From Amoebophrya sp. A120 (taxonomy: Eukaryota; Protista; Dinoflagellata): DNA of 64,000 nucleotides. Shown piece by piece: positions 61,751 to 64,000 of the stretch. Location: contig CAJINV010000001.1 of assembly GCA_905178155.1 (NCBI GenBank), forward strand, positions 13,905,791 through 13,969,790. The letters run 5' to 3'. The notes under the pieces were generated by a model, which did not search any database, was not told the DNA's origin, and saw nothing but the letters and a program-made list of their open reading frames with translations. Position 1 is the first letter of the stretch; each line of letters starts with the position of its first letter. A program made the translations under genes and the position numbers.

Positions 61751-63995
61751 CGTATTCAGCGGACCTGTTATCGGCGGATGTTAGCTTAAAGAATGCTTGC
61801 GTCAGAGATAGTCGTGTCAGCGCGTCCGCTGGATTGCGCTTTGTGTTGATGTAGTGAATGACTGGAGTAAATTCCAGCCCCCTCCATAGTTGAGCGATCA
61901 TCGAGGACAAGACTGACCCGGCGACAGCTGATGATGCTCCGCGAGTGATAGCGTATGCCGAGCCACAGTTGTCGACGTGGCTGATTCCTCTCGCATGTCG
62001 GATGTAGTTTTGCCAGAACTCTCCTGCAAGATAGACTGCAAGCAGTTCGCACACAAAAGTCTTCTCGTCACGTAGCCCAACTGGAAGTTGGGTGCTGCCT
62101 GGAGGACCGTTCGGGCCATGCGTGAAGTGGTACGAGAAACAGAGAGGAGCTGGCTCATCGGCTGTGAAGATGACTCCCCCAACATATACATCGTTGCCTT
62201 CTGCTGCTGCATCAGTGAAGATCTCTACCGTCGCGGCTCCATTCAGGCGCGCCGCAAGAGATAGCGGCTTATTTTCCTTGATAGCTTGCTTCGCCTCTTC
62301 AACCATGGCTGCTACTGCTAGCACGTGCGAATCGGTGCCCTGCTTGATGAGGTTGGAGATGACTCGCGGGGCTGTGTACTTAGCTAGTAGGCGCACGGCG
62401 GGACTGTGGTCTAGGCATCTTCTGGCGAAGAGGTGACTGCAGGTGACTCCTAGTGCTTGTTGTACGTCGAGGAGGGCACGCGATCTGTCGAGGATCGCGC
62501 TCTGCATCCGTGTGACTGTGGTCACTGCTTTGGCGACTTTTTCTGGCGCCATTGCGAATGAGACGTCGTCGGCGGAGCTGGTGGCGTCGACGCCTAGCAC
62601 ATCGGTGGGCACATTCCGTTGCGCTATGATGTCTTTCTTGTCGGCCGATGCGAATCCGAGGAGGCCGAGAAACTGCTTGACTGCCTGGCGCGCTGCTGGG
62701 GCCATCCATTCAGGGGCGAGCAGAATGATGTCGTCCACATAGCAAAGGCAGCTGATGCCGAGGCATCGCTCTATCATTGCCTCCACGTAGCCGCTGATTG
62801 CTCCGCAGTAATGGTATACCGAATGGAGATTACCGAAGGACATGGCATTGCTGATGAAGAATTTGTATCGTTGCTCCTTTGGGTTCCACGCTGCCATGTA
62901 ATATTCGCTGGGCTCGTTATTGGGGAGTTGAAAATATGCCTGCCATTTGTCAATTTTGCTGATGAATGGCGTGAAGCCACCTACTCGCTTGGTGCGTCCT
63001 TTGATGTTGACGTCCACCATTTTCCAATCCTGCCAGTTGCCGGATCGCTTCCTCTCCTGCTCCAGTTGTTCCTTGAGGTGCTTCTTGAGTTCGACCAGGG
63101 GCGGGGCCCGTCCAGGGCAGAGGCATGCGTGGCACCTCTCAATGCAGACTGGGAGGTGGGGCATCGTCATGCGTTCTCCGTAGGCCGGCGCCACTTTGTT
63201 CGCGTGTTTCTCGTTGGCGATTCCTCTTATTTTGGAGAAGTACTGCTTCTCGTGGTCCCACCTTTGGCCGATGTGGAATATGGGGATGACTGTTTTCCCT
63301 AGCATCTGCTCCGGTGTTGCATCAGTTCGCATGAGAACAGGGGCAGAGTTTGGATCGTCTGGGTTGAATATGTTGCCTTGGAGCTCGTCCCAGCCGCGCT
63401 GGAGCATCTCCGGCGTCTCGAAGGTGTACGGAGTTGTTCTTGTGAAATTGAGCTTGGCAAGGGCGTCGTCAGTTTCTTCCTGCGTAGTGGGGCAATTTAG
63501 GTAGCGGAGGGTCTCGTCGGGGGTCATGTCCTTGGCTCCGTGCCAGATTTTGTATAGCTCAATCGGGCCGCGGTGCGGGAATCCCGTGTTGAGGTAGCCT
63601 TTGGGACCATATGCCCGATCTGCCATCGTCTCGGGCGGTGGTTCGTTTTCCGGACCGGGCGGCGCCAGCTGGTCGAGTACTACTTTGTTGACCGTGATGG
63701 CGTGCTGGAGGTAGTCGTGGCGTTTAGCGAGGTTCCACCACATGAGAGGCTGTTTGATATATGTTTTGGTCTTGCATGTGTCTGGCCGATCCCGCGCGTA
63801 GAATTCGTGTAGTGCTTGCACATGAGGCACCTTGGCCCGCTCTGCCTCATATTGCGCGAGGAGCTCCTGTTGCTCGGGTCGCACCGAGTTGCTGCGGACG
63901 TCTTCCAGGGCCATCTGGAGGCGCTCCACCCTTTCCAGTTTTTCCTGTGGTGGGTGGTGGTATGCGTTGCCTATGAAGGGGGCTGAGACATGCAT
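61650..63995 (-). CDS. Reverse transcriptase / RNase H of element 2 (may extend 5' beyond the window)
   Basis: KIDKWQAYFQL, MSFGNLHSV, CYVDD, DVLGV; RNase H FTDAA, CELLAV, HVDN, NPADALTR. Confidence 0.93.
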   Translation of the reverse strand: MHVSAPFIGNAYHHPPQEKLERVERLQMALEDVRSNSVRPEQQELLAQYEAERAKVPHVQALHEFYARDRPDTCKTKTYIKQPLMWWNLAKRHDYLQHAITVNKVVLDQLAPPGPENEPPPETMADRAYGPKGYLNTGFPHRGPIELYKIWHGAKDMTPDETLRYLNCPTTQEETDDALAKLNFTRTTPYTFETPEMLQRGWDELQGNIFNPDDPNSAPVLMRTDATPEQMLGKTVIPIFHIGQRWDHEKQYFSKIRGIANEKHANKVAPAYGERMTMPHLPVCIERCHACLCPGRAPPLVELKKHLKEQLEQERKRSGNWQDWKMVDVNIKGRTKRVGGFTPFISKIDKWQAYFQLPNNEPSEYYMAAWNPKEQRYKFFISNAMSFGNLHSVYHYCGAISGYVEAMIERCLGISCLCYVDDIILLAPEWMAPAARQAVKQFLGLLGFASADKKDIIAQRNVPTDVLGVDATSSADDVSFAMAPEKVAKAVTTVTRMQSAILDRSRALLDVQQALGVTCSHLFARRCLDHSPAVRLLAKYTAPRVISNLIKQGTDSHVLAVAAMVEEAKQAIKENKPLSLAARLNGAATVEIFTDAAAEGNDVYVGGVIFTADEPAPLCFSYHFTHGPNGPPGSTQLPVGLRDEKTFVCELLAVYLAGEFWQNYIRHARGISHVDNCGSAYAITRGASSAVAGSVLSSMIAQLWRGLEFTPVIHYINTKRNPADALTRLSLTQAFFKLTSADNRSAEYGELLRQAIDNAATRIQNFKLKHEEALVSKSATG

Positions 63996-64000
63996 AGTAG

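Larger units (their letters stand above)
58019..64000 (-). mobile_element. Second tyrosine-recombinase retrotransposon (Ngaro/PAT-like, RT/RH followed by YR), 3' part; runs off the window
   Basis: 240-bp direct repeats 58019-58258 and 58631-58870, identical by eye, flank a presumed A2 segment; uninterrupted RT/RH ORF; YR motifs. Confidence 0.9.

Overview
Eukaryotic, intron-containing DNA. The architecture suggests an alveolate of the Amoebophrya/Syndiniales (parasitic dinoflagellate) type; this assignment is inference. Positions 0.5-38.9 kb hold a co-oriented + strand gene array: hypothetical proteins, a split ZZ-finger protein, a coiled-coil protein, a ~2250-aa AlkB-domain protein, a secreted Cys-repeat protein, a protein with a Tpt1 N-lobe and an hnRNP-Q-like domain, and RFC1. 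It converges at an AT-rich repeat zone on a minus-strand array (PSTAIRE CDK, GtaA-type glutaminase). Two tyrosine-recombinase retrotransposons with split direct repeats are present. Element 1 (40728-51163) is complete but decayed, has gag-YR-RT/RH order, apparent spliceosomal introns in gag and a macrodomain cargo, and an empty copy of its target site lies next to it. Element 2 (58019 to window end) looks young, has RT/RH-YR order with an apparently intron-split YR, and sits in the glutaminase gene. At least nine introns in four host genes are short elements with terminal inverted repeats, mostly TAT...ATA ends and 5-bp direct repeats. Removing them precisely restores the reading frame, in most cases without any in-frame GT-AG pair. 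All exon and intron calls are manual and unverified by transcripts.
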